Origin: Octopus sinensis
Taxonomy: Eukaryota
Assembly (NCBI RefSeq): GCF_006345805.1
Contig: NC_042999.1
Span: 10,974,001-11,038,000, forward strand
Length of the DNA stretch: 64,000 nt
Reading direction: 5' to 3'
Position numbers and translations under genes: made by a program
Part shown: one piece after another, positions 25,385 through 37,700 of the stretch
How the letters are laid out: each line of letters begins with the position of its first letter
Position numbering within the stretch: position 1 is the stretch's first letter
Notes under the pieces: model-generated
The model's input: the letters and a program-made list of their open reading frames with translations, nothing else
Told to the model about the DNA's origin: nothing
Database searches by the model: none

Positions 25385-26128
25385 CTGAATGCAAGAGAAA
25401 TAGAGTAGTAAATGTAGAGGATTAACAACTGTTGAGGAATGATGGTGGAGAGTATTTGTGGGGGGGCAATCAGCCATTCTGGTGCTGTCTTGTCTGCACG
25501 ATAAATATGACAAAGGTCATTGGCGATAGTAAAGCTTACCAAGTCTGGCTAATTCTCATTTTGATAATAGTAAATTACAAGAAGCTATTTTCTATTTCGA
25601 TAATGTTCTGGGAGAACATTATTATGCGACTGATAACCAAAATTTCAATAGTTTTTATGTCCATTAGTGAAGAGAAATACTTACTTCACTTAAGAGATCC
25701 TAATGGATTTGTTTTTATGCTTTGGGTTTTATTATTATCTAATTGTTTTCCTTTTTAACCAACCAGGATATTTAAATCTATAAACCAAATAGTTTTAAGG
25801 CCTTGCTAAGATTTCAAGAACAAGCTGGAGTACAATGTTAAAAGGAAAAAATAATCTCGCTAGTCACCAAATTACTACTTACTAAATCTGACCAAAAATA
25901 ATTCAATGCAAATAAAAAATTTCATATTTTTATTTTCCTTATTGTCTTATGTTAAGAAAAAATATATTTCACATCAATACTTTTATTACAACACACATTC
26001 TGCTAATGTTTTACAACCATCATAAATTTAATGCTACTTTCATATATGGATTTGTGTGTGTGTGTGTGTAAATACAATCATCATCATCATTTAACATCTA
26101 CCTTCCATGCTAGCATGGGTGGAACATA

Positions 26129-26172
<44 letters not shown>

Positions 26173-26210
26173 TAAAGCTGCAAAAGCATTGCAAAAATAT
26201 CACAAAGAAA

Positions 26211-26250
26211 GTACTACTCTGAGTTTCACGTTAGCAATCGTCAGGCAGTC
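26211..26250 (-). ncRNA. Minimal type I hammerhead ribozyme motif (degenerate stem II)
   Basis: gacugc-CUGACGA-uugcuaacgu-GAAA-CUC-A-GAG-UA-guac. The catalytic core is complete, stem III is palindromic (ACUC/GAGU), the cleavage triplet is GUA and stem I has 3 bp. Confidence 0.7.
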
Positions 26251-26690
26251 AGGATCCAGAATGGAATAAGAATTTGGGTTCTACATATAATTCATATTAC
26301 GATATAATTCACATTGACAGATACACATTTGAACTTGACTGGTTGTTTCCCACGCCCATGGGTTAATCTTTTAAAACAGTCTTATGTTTATATTAATTAA
26401 TTACTCATTTACCATTAATAAAATTACTCTGGACATGCATCATTTCTTTTTAACCTAATAATTTCTCTAACTCAAGATTTTTTTTCGATTTTATACAACA
26501 CAATATTCATGTCTTTTTTATTTTAATTTATTTTATATTTTATATTTACATTTACTGTCTCAGTTCCAATACTTTTGAAAAACTGTTAGTTGAAATGACC
26601 AATCAAACTCAAATGTGTATCAGTCAATGTGAATTACATCATAATATAAATTATACCTATAACTTAAATTCTTATTCCATTCTGGATCCC

Positions 26691-26732
26691 AACTGCCTGA
26701 CGAACGGGAATGAGAAACTCTGAGGAACAATT
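26691..26732 (+). ncRNA. Minimal type I hammerhead ribozyme motif (U16.1 changed to G, likely inactive)
   Basis: aacugc-CUGACGA-acgggaauga-GAAA-CUC-U-GAG-GA-acaauu. Confidence 0.6.
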
Positions 26733-26865
26733 TTTTTTGTGATATTTTTGTAATGTTTTTGCAGCTTTAATAATAGAGCATATTACTCTACCTCCAGTAT
26801 TCAAGTACTATTTTTTCCCACCTTGTTTCACATTTATGTGCTTACTCTGGTATATTTATATATGT

Positions 26866-26908
<43 letters not shown>

Positions 26909-27974
26909 CACACACACACACACACATACATGCATAGGTTCCATCTAACCCAGGTTAGCATGGAACATGAGTAATGAAAAATGATGATGATGATGTGGGT
27001 CTTCAACATCATCATTCAACATCAATTTCCATGCTGGTATGAATTGGGAATTTCGACAGGATCCAGCATAGGGCCACATCAAGCTATAACGTCAGCTTTG
27101 GTATGATTTCTCGTTGGATATCCTTCCTAATGCCAACCACTTTACAGTGTACTGGGCACCTTTTCCATGCAACCTGCACTAAAGAGGTTGCTAAGAGACT
27201 TGGAAGTCAAGAAATGAACAGGAAGGAGAAAGAGGGGAAAGGAAAAGAAAAAACAAAAAAAAAGCCTCCTTAACTAAGTGGAGGGGGGTAGTGTTGAAGA
27301 GGGGGGGTAATGGTTCTATGCCAGGTGTTGATACTAGTGTATTACGGAAGAACAAGTTCAGGTGTCTTGCAATAGAGATACAAGGCCACACTTGTGGGTG
27401 GGAGTAGCTAGAAGGCTGGAGTGATTGAAGGGGTGGTGGGATGCCAAAGCATCTCAAGATACAAGGTGGGTGCAAGAGAGGATGCAAGTAGTGGATTGCA
27501 GAGGAGGACAGAAGGGGGAAGTTACATAATAGTGGGGAGAGATGGTGTGAGATGGGTGGAGGTCAATGTAGCAAATGATGGTGAGAGATATAGGAGTGGT
27601 TCAGGGAGATAAATGAAGGTGGGAGTGTGAGAGATAAGAAAAGGCATTGAGAAGAGATATGTTAAGAATGGCAAATAGCAGAGAAAAGAGGGCAATGACC
27701 GAGGGCACAGAAAGGAAGTGATTGGAGGAAATAATGCAGGCAGGGATGGTATTGGTTCCTGGGGGAGGTAATGGGTAGGGAAGAGGTATAACATGTGCCT
27801 ATTCTGCTCGAAGGGTGGGGTGATTACAACAGCCAAGTGGTACCAGAGATAGAGAAGTAACTGATGTTAGGGAATGAGATACAGAGAAATGCTTCATAGA
27901 GAGGTCAGGAACAGAGCTCCACACACACACACAAGTATAACCAAGAGGGGTTTTGTGATATCATTTTTTTTCTG

Positions 27975-28118
27975 TGATGAACAAGTCTTCTCAAGCTCAG
28001 TAAATTGTCAATCATTTCTATTTCCTGTCTTCTCTATAAGGTTCAGCACCATAAGATCAGCCTTCACTACTTCATTCCACATTTTCCAGGGTCTTCCTCT
28101 TCCACAAGATTCATCCAG
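27975..28118 (-). mobile_element. RTE LINE 3' fragment
   Basis: Translates as CGRGRPWKMWNEVVKADLMVLNL...NRND, the typical RTE ORF C-terminus. Confidence 0.75.
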
Positions 28119-28384
28119 TGTGTGTGCGTGCATGCATTTGTTTGTTTCTTGCAAGGTATCTGATTAACCACTTCTAGCCTTGTGTGAACCAGGTATGTAC
28201 AATTGAGAAATGCAAGGTATAACTTTCTTTCAAAAAAAAAAACTATACCTTTCATTGCAAATCATCTGAAAACACTATGTACTATTGCACTATGAATGGA
28301 CAAACATTCTCAGTACTTGCACAAACTAGACTGACCAGTTTAAAAATCCTAATTTCTGTACATTATACATGGCTAAAAGCTTAC

Positions 28385-28421
28385 TAATTTCTCCATGGAG
28401 CACCCTTTCTCTTATAAAGAT
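28385..28421 (-). CDS. Candidate 37-nt exon (IFIRERVLHGEI or LYKRKGAPWRN)
   Basis: Acceptor gtttctagtcttag, donor TTA|gtaagc. Two frames are open, so the reading frame is ambiguous. Confidence 0.35.
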
Positions 28422-29028
28422 CTAAGACTAGAAACTGACTAGATCAACCCCACGTTTTTTTCACAGTCCACAGAGAGATAAAACCATGTGAAGTAACAAC
28501 TTTGCTCACATTTTGCAGAGAAGCTAAAACATACCTTACATTTCAAACTATCCAGAAATGCTATTTATTGAATTATGAATCAATGAGCAAAGTGTAGGCA
28601 TAGCTGTGTAGTTAAGAAGCCAGCATGTAGCCTCAGCTTCAGTCCCACTGCATGGCACTTGCAGCCAAACGTCTTCTGTTGTAGTTCCAGGATGACCAAA
28701 ACCTTGTAGATAGATTTTGTAGATGGAAACTGAAAGAAGTCCGTACCCTTGTCTCAACATCATATAATAGTCATGAATGAGCAACAGCATTATATATGCA
28801 ATGTTATTCGTTTCCAATCTTTCATAAAAATAATGTCTAACCATGGGAAATATTACCTTGCTTCAAAATTGGTGGGGACTGGCAACAGGAAGGCCTCCAG
28901 CCATAGAAACTTGGCTTCAACATATTCTGTTTAACCCATGCAAGAACAGAAAAGTAGAAGCTAAGGATTATGTGCATGTAATGATGTTTATTTTAAATTC
29001 GCTGGTGAATTGCCCATAGCTTTCTTAT

Positions 29029-29335
29029 GGAGGCACATGGCCTAGTAGTTAGAGCAGTGGACTTGCGGTCAAGGGATCGTGGGTTCGAATCTCAGACCAG
29101 GTGATATGTGTGTTTATGAGCGAAACACCTAAGCTCCATGCGGCTCCGGCAGAAGGTAATGGCGAACTTCTACTGACTCTTTCACCACAACTTTCTCTTA
29201 CTCTTTCCTCCTGCATCTTGCAACTCACCTGCGACAGACCGGCGTCCCGATCAGGTGGGGAACTTATACGCCAATGAAACCGGGAAACTGGCCCTTATGA
29301 GCCAGGCATGGCTCGAGAAGAAACAAACAAAACAA
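29029..29335 (+). mobile_element. Full-length tRNA-derived SINE (distinct family, single copy in this window)
   Basis: A-box tggcctagtag (29038), B-box ggttcgaatct (29082), (AAC)-rich tail, 11-bp flanking direct repeat catagctttct at 29015-29025 and 29336-29346. Confidence 0.88.
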
Positions 29336-30760
29336 CATAGCTTTCTCAGAAGATCCAAGACTAGTGAAGTTAAGTGTTCAACTTAAAATTTAGCAAAAAA
29401 AGTTGGGTTTCTTTTTTAGAAAGTAAACATGGAAAGTGATGGAGTCTTAGATGATGGCAATTCTGGGGATTAAATGTTAGACAAAGCATAAGAATTTGTT
29501 GAGCCACAGAATGCATAACAAGTGAATCATGTAGTACAGAGCACCATGGTTCAGATAATATTGAGAGAAAAGACACAGATCGAATGAAGCACATGTAAAC
29601 ATGTGGATCAATGTATGTGTATGTTTATATTTACATTTATGTGTGATTTATTTTGCGTCTGTGAATATGAATGCAAAAATTTATTCTTTCATTTCTCTGC
29701 TCAATCATTTTAGTTTTGCTGGAGCAGTACCACAATTTAATTCTTTTGTTACCATATTTTTTTTTTAAAAAAACAGAGTTTTTGCTTGAATTTTGAAAAT
29801 AAGAATTTAGGAAAAATAACTGTCATTATTAAGCTCATTTGGGACACAAATATGAGATTTTGAAGGGAGATTTTAATTTAAATTTGTTTGAAACAAGAAG
29901 CTTGTATTATAGAAACAGAAGCAGTTCTTTGGTGTGTTGATATTAAATGGATTATCATCATCATTTAACGTCTATGTTCCATGCTAGCATGGGTAAGACA
30001 GTACCACAAAAGCTGGCCAGGCCAAAACCTGCACCTGACTTCTGTGACTATTTTGGCAGGATTTTTACAGCTGGATGCCCTTCCGAACACCAACCACTTT
30101 ACAGTGTGGACTGGGTGCTTTTAAATGGCATCTGCACTGAAAGGGTCACAAAGTACTTGCCTATATATGTAAAAAGGAAAAGTATTTTTTTTATATATTT
30201 GTATATGCTTATTATTGTGCATGTATAATGTTAATGTATAGATTCAACAAAAAGTGTGTGTTTGTGTGTGTGTCTGGGTAAGACAATACCACAAAAGCTG
30301 GCCAGGCCAAAGCCTGCACCTGACTCCTGAGAGAGAGAGAGAGAGAGAGCAAGAGAGATAAGCAAATACGATACATCTTTACATGCATGTGTACTCTGTG
30401 AGTGTATTAGGTACTTGAGTATGTGTAATAATGTTATAAGTCAGATGAGAAAAAGAGGAAATAATTGAAATCTGTGATAAATTATCAAGAGAATCTGAGA
30501 TGACCACTTAAAAGATAACAACAGCATTTGGAGTAGTTTCAGATGCACAAACATATATGTACACAAGCACACGTGCATGTGTGTGTGTGTGTATGAGTGG
30601 GAGGGTGCATGTCTGAGTGTGAATATGTAGATTTGGTGGAAGCTGAGAATCCATTTCAGACCTCCAGCTGTCAAAGAGAAACATGAAATTTTGGTGGAAT
30701 GGTTAATAAAGTTTTCAGCTTCCAATAAAACTACGCATTTTTTTAAAACACTTTTTATGC

Positions 30761-30763
<3 letters not shown>

Positions 30764-30823
<60 letters not shown>
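30764..30823. repeat. (GA)n microsatellite
   Basis: Read directly from the sequence. Confidence 0.95.
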
Positions 30824-30824
<1 letters not shown>

Positions 30825-30855
30825 ATGTGCATGAATATATGTGTCTGTGTAGATA

Positions 30856-31120
30856 TTATGTTGGAAAGAAAGTCATGAAGTGTTTGAAGATGGGAGAGAA
30901 ACAAATGTTCTTTGATCTTGATATATCTAATCATGATATTTCCCCTCATTGTTGGTAACATAATCCCATCTATTTAGCAAATTGTTGATCTCCCAAGCAT
31001 AAAACTTTTCAGGTTTAAAAGCAAAGAAACACTCAATATCATTGTTAACCTCTTCAAAATTAACAAACTGCTTTCCCTCTAAACACTCTAAAAAGATGAT
31101 AATCAGGTGGAGCAACTTCA
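30856..31120 (-). mobile_element. Mariner 3' fragment
   Basis: EVAPPDYHLFR, then a frameshift, then LEGKQFVNFEEVNNDIECFFAFKPEKFYAWEINNLLNRWDYVTNNEGKY. Ends in TIR-like catgactttctttccaacataa followed by TA. Confidence 0.82.
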
Positions 31121-31264
31121 GCATGCACACACAAGAGTAAAAGAGGAAACTAGTTAAAAAGAAAGATAAGATAAAATGTAATAGTGTGGTTGAATTTTGA
31201 GTACTGTATTCAATAAGTTCATTTGTTCCTCATGTGTGTTTGGGTGTGAATATATATATATATT

Positions 31265-31502
31265 ATCATTATCATCGTTAACGTCCACTTTCCATGCTGG
31301 CATGGGTTGGACAATTTGACTGAGGACTCGCGAACCAGATGGCTGCACCAGGCTCCAATCTGATCTGGAAGAGTTTCTACAGCTTGATGCCCTTCCTAAT
31401 GCCAACCACTCTGAGTGTAGTAGGTGCTTTTATGTGCCACTGGCACAAGGGCCAGTCAGGTGGTACTGGCAATGGCCACACTCAAATGGTGTTTTTTACG
31501 TG
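31265..31502 (-). mobile_element. SINE family A
   Basis: Family A core and tail. Confidence 0.85.
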
Positions 31503-31524
31503 CTATATATATACATATATACAT

Positions 31525-31564
<40 letters not shown>

Positions 31565-31757
31565 GCTAGTAGAATTAGCAGTTGGAATGACTGTCTAAGG
31601 GATAAGAATATCCATTTTTACTACCAGTATAAATTACCTATGTTAACCCTGGGCATGGATATGCAAGCTAATATGCTCATAGGATACAGACAATAACAAC
31701 ATAAACAAGAGTTTATCAAAAATCAAACGTATCAAGAATTTTCTCCATTTTCTGCTT

Positions 31758-31795
<38 letters not shown>

Positions 31796-32253
31796 TACAT
31801 ACATACATTACATTACATGTAAAACACCAGTAGTGTTTATCAGGAATCAAATTTTGGGGCTCAGTTATAAAATATGAGAAGGATGAGAGCAGGAACACAC
31901 CCGTTTCCTTTTCAGGTCATCTAAAATAGAGAAGTTAGTGTGATTGAAATTTTGGAAGTCATTTTTTCAATTTTTTTATTTTGCATAGTAATTATGTTGA
32001 ACCTTGTTCTCCAGGCATACATTTCATAAAGAATAAACTATCAGTTTCCTTGTAAACAGAAGATAATGTTATACCATTTTAAGTCAGCTAATTGCCAGTT
32101 TAGTTTCAGGGAGAAAAAGAACAGTAAAAATATTTCATTTATTCTAATTTTTGTCTTTTCGACTTTGTGTGGATAGGTTGACATTGGCGTGTATTTTAGT
32201 GGCTCAGCATAAAATGACAACACTAGCAGACAAGAAAATTCCGAATTAATACA

Positions 32254-32601
32254 GATTGGCCGGTTGCCAGCTCTGTCTGGCCCCGTGTCGGTGGCACGTA
32301 AAAGCACCATCCGTTCGTGTCCGTTGGCAGCATCGCCTGGCCCCCGTGCGGTGACACGTAAAAGCACCATCCGTTCGTGGCCGTTCGCCAGCTCTGTCTG
32401 GCACCTGTGCAGGTGGCACGTAAAAAACACCCACTACACTCGCGGAGTGGTTGGTTAGGAGGGCATCCAGCTGTAGAAACACTGCCAGATCTGACTGGGC
32501 CTGACGAAGCCTTCCAGCTTCACAGACCCCATTGACCCGTCCAACCCATGCTAGCATGGAAACGGACGCTAAACGATGATGATGATGATGATGATGATGA
32601 T
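32254..32601 (+). mobile_element. SINE family A with three upstream modules, CpG-rich (young)
   Basis: g(t/c)ggtg(g/a)cacgtaaaa(a)g/acacc at about 32288, 32348 and 32412. (GAT)9 tail. Confidence 0.9.
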
Positions 32602-33161
32602 GAAACTCTTGTTTCTTCTCTGGGGAATTCTCCATTGTCCAAGGTCTATCTGAATCCTCTTGACTACAGATAAAATAAAAGAAACAAATTCTTGGAATTA
32701 TCAACCTTTGAACCTACGAGTCCACTTTAGCCCTTTAACATTCAGATTACTTTGTCAAAGGCAAGACTTATTGATTCATATTGTTTTGAATTAATCCTGG
32801 ACTATCTTATAACTTTGAGATTTCAGTGACATAGTTGCTTATTTTTAGAATGACATTGCAGCATAGGTGTGAGAGGCTGAATCTAGTCAGTTTGCATTGA
32901 GCCAGACACAGCTGGTTTAAATGTACAATTTTGGTTGACTATACGCCTAGAAGATGCAAAAGTGAGCAGCCACATAGTTTTGAATTTACAGTTTGCTAAT
33001 TGGCAGAAACTTTATTTTCAGCTGTAAACAAAACTATGTGGCCACTCACTCATGCATCTACAAAGAGTATAGTCAAATGAAATCCTACCTGCTAAATGGT
33101 ACTCATCAGTTCAATGGATTGAACCTTGTTGTTTTTATCAATTTGTTTTTAAGTAGCTTCA

Positions 33162-33198
<37 letters not shown>

Positions 33199-34041
33199 TG
33201 TGTGTATGTGTGTATCCATGCATATGTGTGCATGTATATTCTACAGTGTTGTAAACACCAGCTATCTGAACAGCCAGTTAGAAAAGATACCACTCCTAAC
33301 TGGTATGGAAAGGAGTGACTCTTGGAAAATCCGTGTGCATGCATGATTGTACTTCAGTGTGTGCATGTATATATATATCCAAGCATGTATGTGTATATTT
33401 ATACTTTCAAGTATATGTCTATATTTTCATGTATAAGTCTGTGTGCATATGTTTATACTTTTTTTTTTAATTGAAAATCTTGAAGTAAAACAAAAGTCCT
33501 ATTTTTTAATATAATTCATTTTACAATATCTCTTATTTTCTGAATTTGATTAATTTTACCTGAGACCTTTTCATCTTCAATTCCTGGTTATAGAATATTC
33601 AGCCATAGAATGATGTGCATGTGTGTATGTGCGTGCATGCATGCATGTGTATGCATGAGCCTAAATGCATAACTTTATATTCTTTTATTCTTGCTTTTAA
33701 TAAATTTCCCATGATCCCACACCATTTCTACCAAAAGGATCAGGTGATAGCACAAATCAGAATGGAATCCGGCTTAAATAGAAACTTTATTAGTATGAAA
33801 TCCTAGGCAAGAAGAACAAGAAAATAAGCCAATCACATTTAGAATTTCACTTTGCAAATTATACGTTGGCTTTGAAGAACAAGCACCAAATCTGATGTCA
33901 CTATTTACAGAAAATCTAGTACAACACATATTGGTACATTTGCCATCTACAACAACGCTGCACAAATACCTGAATTCCAGAAAAAACATTGCCGATAAGG
34001 TGGTGCTGATAGCATGATAAAACGCACCTAGTTCCATCTGT

Positions 34042-34250
34042 GGTGAAGGCACATGGCTCAGTGGTTAGAGCGTCAAGCTTACGATCATAAGGTTGTGAGT
34101 TCAATTCCCAGACCAGGTTGCATGTGGTGTTCTTGAGCAAGACACCTTATTTCACGTTGCTCCAGTTCACTCTATAGAAAATCTGTCTCAACGAATTCTG
34201 TTTGATCCATGGAAGCATGGAATAGTGAAAGTTATAATGATAATAATTTT
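34042..34250 (+). mobile_element. tRNA-derived SINE head (third type) joined to a family C tail
   Basis: A-box tggctcagtgg, B-box agttcaattcc, ttgagcaagacacc motif, then tatagaaaatctgtctcaacgaattctg...gcatggaa. Confidence 0.7.
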
Positions 34251-34311
34251 ATTGTAAATGAAACTAAAAGCTAGGTTTGCAGAACAATTTAAGAGAAAAA
34301 TGAAACAACTA

Positions 34312-34495
34312 GGCGCAGGAGCGGCTGTGTGGTAAGTAGCTTGCTTACCAACCACATGGTTCTGGGTTCAGTTCCAACTGCATGGCACCTTGGGCAAGTG
34401 TCTTCTAGTAGAACCTCAGGCCGACCAAAGCCTTGTGAGTGGATTTAGTAGACGGAAACTGAAAGAAGCCCATTGTATATATGCATATATATGTA

Positions 34496-34543
<48 letters not shown>

Positions 34544-34769
34544 TAGATGTGTGTGTGTTTATGTGTCTGTGTTTGTCCCCCCAACATTGCTTGACAACCG
34601 ATGCTGGTGTGTTTGCATCCCTGTAACTTAGCGGTTCGGCAAAAGAGACCGATAGAATAAGTACTAGGCTTACAAAGAATAAGTCCTGGGGTCGATTTGC
34701 TCAACTAAAGGCGGTGTGCTCCAGCATGGCCACAGTCAAATGACTGAAACAAGTAAAAGAGTAAAGAGT
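34312..34769 (+). mobile_element. Full-length SINE family B (tRNA/CORE-like head, internal TA/TG microsatellite, gtaaaagagt tail)
   Basis: Colinear with 57980-58372. Confidence 0.92.
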
Positions 34770-37700
34770 AAATAATTCTAAATCAATAGTTTCAAAATTA
34801 CAAATGAAAAAAAAAAAAAATGCTTGAGATTTGTTTGTTTTCTCTTAACTACAGTAATTGGGAACGTTCTACCGTTGAGAAAACATAGAAGTTTTCTGTC
34901 ATCTTTGGAACGATTTCAAATCAATATCATAAAAAACAACAAATGACACATCTGTTTGAAATTGGTGAGCTATAGAGACTAATATATTATTAACATTATC
35001 AATATATATCCTAGACAGATTACATAATGAGACAATTCCTTGTCAATAAAACACTTGTATAAAGCAAATCAATAGTTAAGAAATTATATAAAATTCTCAA
35101 ACAGGTTGTGAGAGAGAAAAAAATGCCTATTAAGTCTTCTGCAACATGCCTACATGAAAGAACATCAAGATGACGGCAGATAAAAAGGAAATATTTGAAA
35201 ATCTGAAGATGACAGATAAACCACTTGATTACAGCAGATTATAGCAATCATTTACAAGGTTTTTCAACACTATACTCAGAATGTTGTTCGGGGTTCTGTT
35301 TTTTTTTTTTGTTGTTTGTTTTTTACATTTGTTTTTTCAATATTGAAAATGGGAGAAATTAATGTTACTGAGGAATTGTTTTACAACTGGTTGCCCTTCC
35401 TGTTGCTAAGCTTTCCTTGTTTTTCAAGTCAGGAATTTCTTTAAACACGCATTTATGAAGGTGCAGGGTAAGCAGGCAATTTGTAGACAGAAGTGACAAC
35501 AACCCAACTTATAGCTCATAACCTTCATACACACACACACACACACACCTTTTACTTGTCTCAGTGATCAGACTGCAATCATGCTGAGGCAGCCCCACCT
35601 TGAAAATCTACTCGCAAGGCTTTGGTCAACTGAAGCTATAGTAGGAGACATTTGCCCATGGTGCCATACAGCAGGACTGAACCCGAGACCATGTGGTTGA
35701 GAAGCAAGCTTCTTAACCACACAGCTATTCCTACATTTACGTCACACACACACACACAAGCATATATACATACAGATGATGATGATGATGATTGTGTCTA
35801 TGTAAATTTAAGCATATATAAGAATTTCTGGTAAATATATGAAATACTGGTATTTATCCTTATACAAAGTACTTCAAGAAAATTGACCCTCCTTAAAATA
35901 TCTATTATTTAATAGTTTCAAATGTTTTCTGCTAAAAGAGCAATAAGGAAATGAAGCATTACCATTCTTTTCTAGAAGGAAGTCTTTAAGAATCTCAAAT
36001 ATATTGTCAAGTGAGCTATTGACACTATTACTTGACCTAAGAATAATACCACTCCATCATCTGAAGAAAGTACCACAATATCTTTTAGAGCAGTTCTTAC
36101 CCAGATAATGAGTGACAAAAACAAAAACCAATGATGCACTTCTTTTGACACAAGTGAATTTTGAATGAGAAATATAAAATTGCAAAAATTAAAATTGTTT
36201 TGTCTTCTACCATTAAAGATTTTGCTAGAAGTTACAGTCATAAGCCAGATTAATGAAAGTTTTCTTTTCCATGGTAATTAATATTCTATTTCTTCACAAA
36301 CATTACATTTTTAAGATTACATTCGGTATAGTATTTCCTTCAAGTGTCCTGCTGTATTATTATTATTATTGACAACTTTGCTTAATGATATTTCTCTTAA
36401 CTCATTACAATCAAATTCCACCTGTATCAACTTTGCCATTCATCCTTTCAGGGTTGATTAAATAAAGTACCTGATGAGAGGGGTTAAGGTATGAGAAGGG
36501 ACTAGAAGGAAACAGTTTCTTGGTTACTCACGTTATAGAAGAGAGAGTGAAAGTTTTACATGTGTGTGTGTACACACAAATATATGAAATTATGGTTAAG
36601 CTTTCACTGGAAAGGATGTTTTTCTTAAAATAAGTAAATATTTTGACCAATAGCTACTCATCCAACAAAAATAGCACCAGAAACAAGCATCGTGAGCTGA
36701 CCGATTCCCGTTACATAAAACTAAACAATAGAATTCATGTAAGAACATCTCTTTAGAACTTCTAGAAGAAATGTGATAGAAATATTTGGTAAGAGTACAT
36801 GATTAGCAACAACAGAGAAATAATTAAGCTGGTCTGTGTAAATCAAGATACAATCTATTGTAAAAGAAATTAAGATCTAGTTTTAGCTTATAGCCAAGTC
36901 ACTTGCCACCAATTTCAAATCTCTCCCTTCCAGAAATGAAAAATACCTAAAACTAATTTATATTTTACGACATTTAATCCAGATTCTCTTAATCTAAACC
37001 CAGAGACAGAAAAAGAAATCAATCAAGTCTCTAATCTTTTATCATTGAAAATAACAAAAATATCGATTAAAAATTTTTTTTTTTCAATAATCAGTATAAC
37101 TGTACTCAGAAACCTAAATTTTCAAAGCGAAATCCTCCAATTACATCAACTTTTAACACAAATCTTAGATATTTAATGAAATTTCCCCTTAAGAACAATG
37201 GATTTCAGTAGGGCCTAATTAGTAAATGTTTGGCTTCCAGGCAATCATAGTTTTCACAAAAATTTGATGACAGATTTTTTTTTTCTTTTTTGTGTGTATG
37301 TAGAGGGTGGGATGGGGAGGGTGCACACTGTTGGCTATAATCCACAAAATACCTAAATAAGAACTAATTAGCTTCAGCAGTGTTCGACAGTTAACTGGAA
37401 ATTACCAATAAATTATATTTTCAAGATAAAATATACTTTTAATTTCAAAATCCCTGTTCAGGTTGCCCTCCACCACCACCACCATCTGAGCATTGTAATT
37501 CTTGATTAAGGAGGTCAACCACACTTTTTTTACCCATTTTTCTTTTCTTTTTTTTCATTTTTAACAGTTTCATTTCATTTCCTCTACCAAAAAAAAAACA
37601 AAATGACAAATATTTTAGAGTATCTTCTTTGATGGTGATATTACTATACCAATCATTGGGATATGGCACCACTTTGTACTATCCAATTAACTACGCAAGG

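Larger units (their letters stand above)
26171..26860. mobile_element. Probable Penelope-like element relic: two divergent pLTR copies forming a ~180-bp inverted repeat
   Basis: Arms 26171-26350 and 26592-26771, with a 24-bp perfect core ggatccagaatggaataagaattt at 26252-26275 and 26666-26689. The right arm continues unpaired to about 26860. Both ends abut microsatellites and each arm contains a hammerhead core. Confidence 0.7.

Noticed and set aside
29029-29110. tRNA-like sequence with A and B boxes (also 34042, 59800)
   Set aside because: No complete cloverleaf. It continues into a SINE body and tail, with a TSD at 29 kb.
32254-32430. Repeat-spacer-like arrangement (also 9340-9600 and the 59.1-59.6 kb array) as a CRISPR-like array
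   Set aside because: The spacers are homologous to each other, the context is eukaryotic SINE or minisatellite, and there are no cas genes.
33055-33095. Minus-strand CUGAUGA followed by a GUACC/GGUA stem
   Set aside because: The GAAA half-core is absent (GAUU), and stems I and III do not form.
35957-36105. Exon-like open frames on both strands
   Set aside because: Competing plus- and minus-strand candidates have equal support and cannot be distinguished without transcripts.
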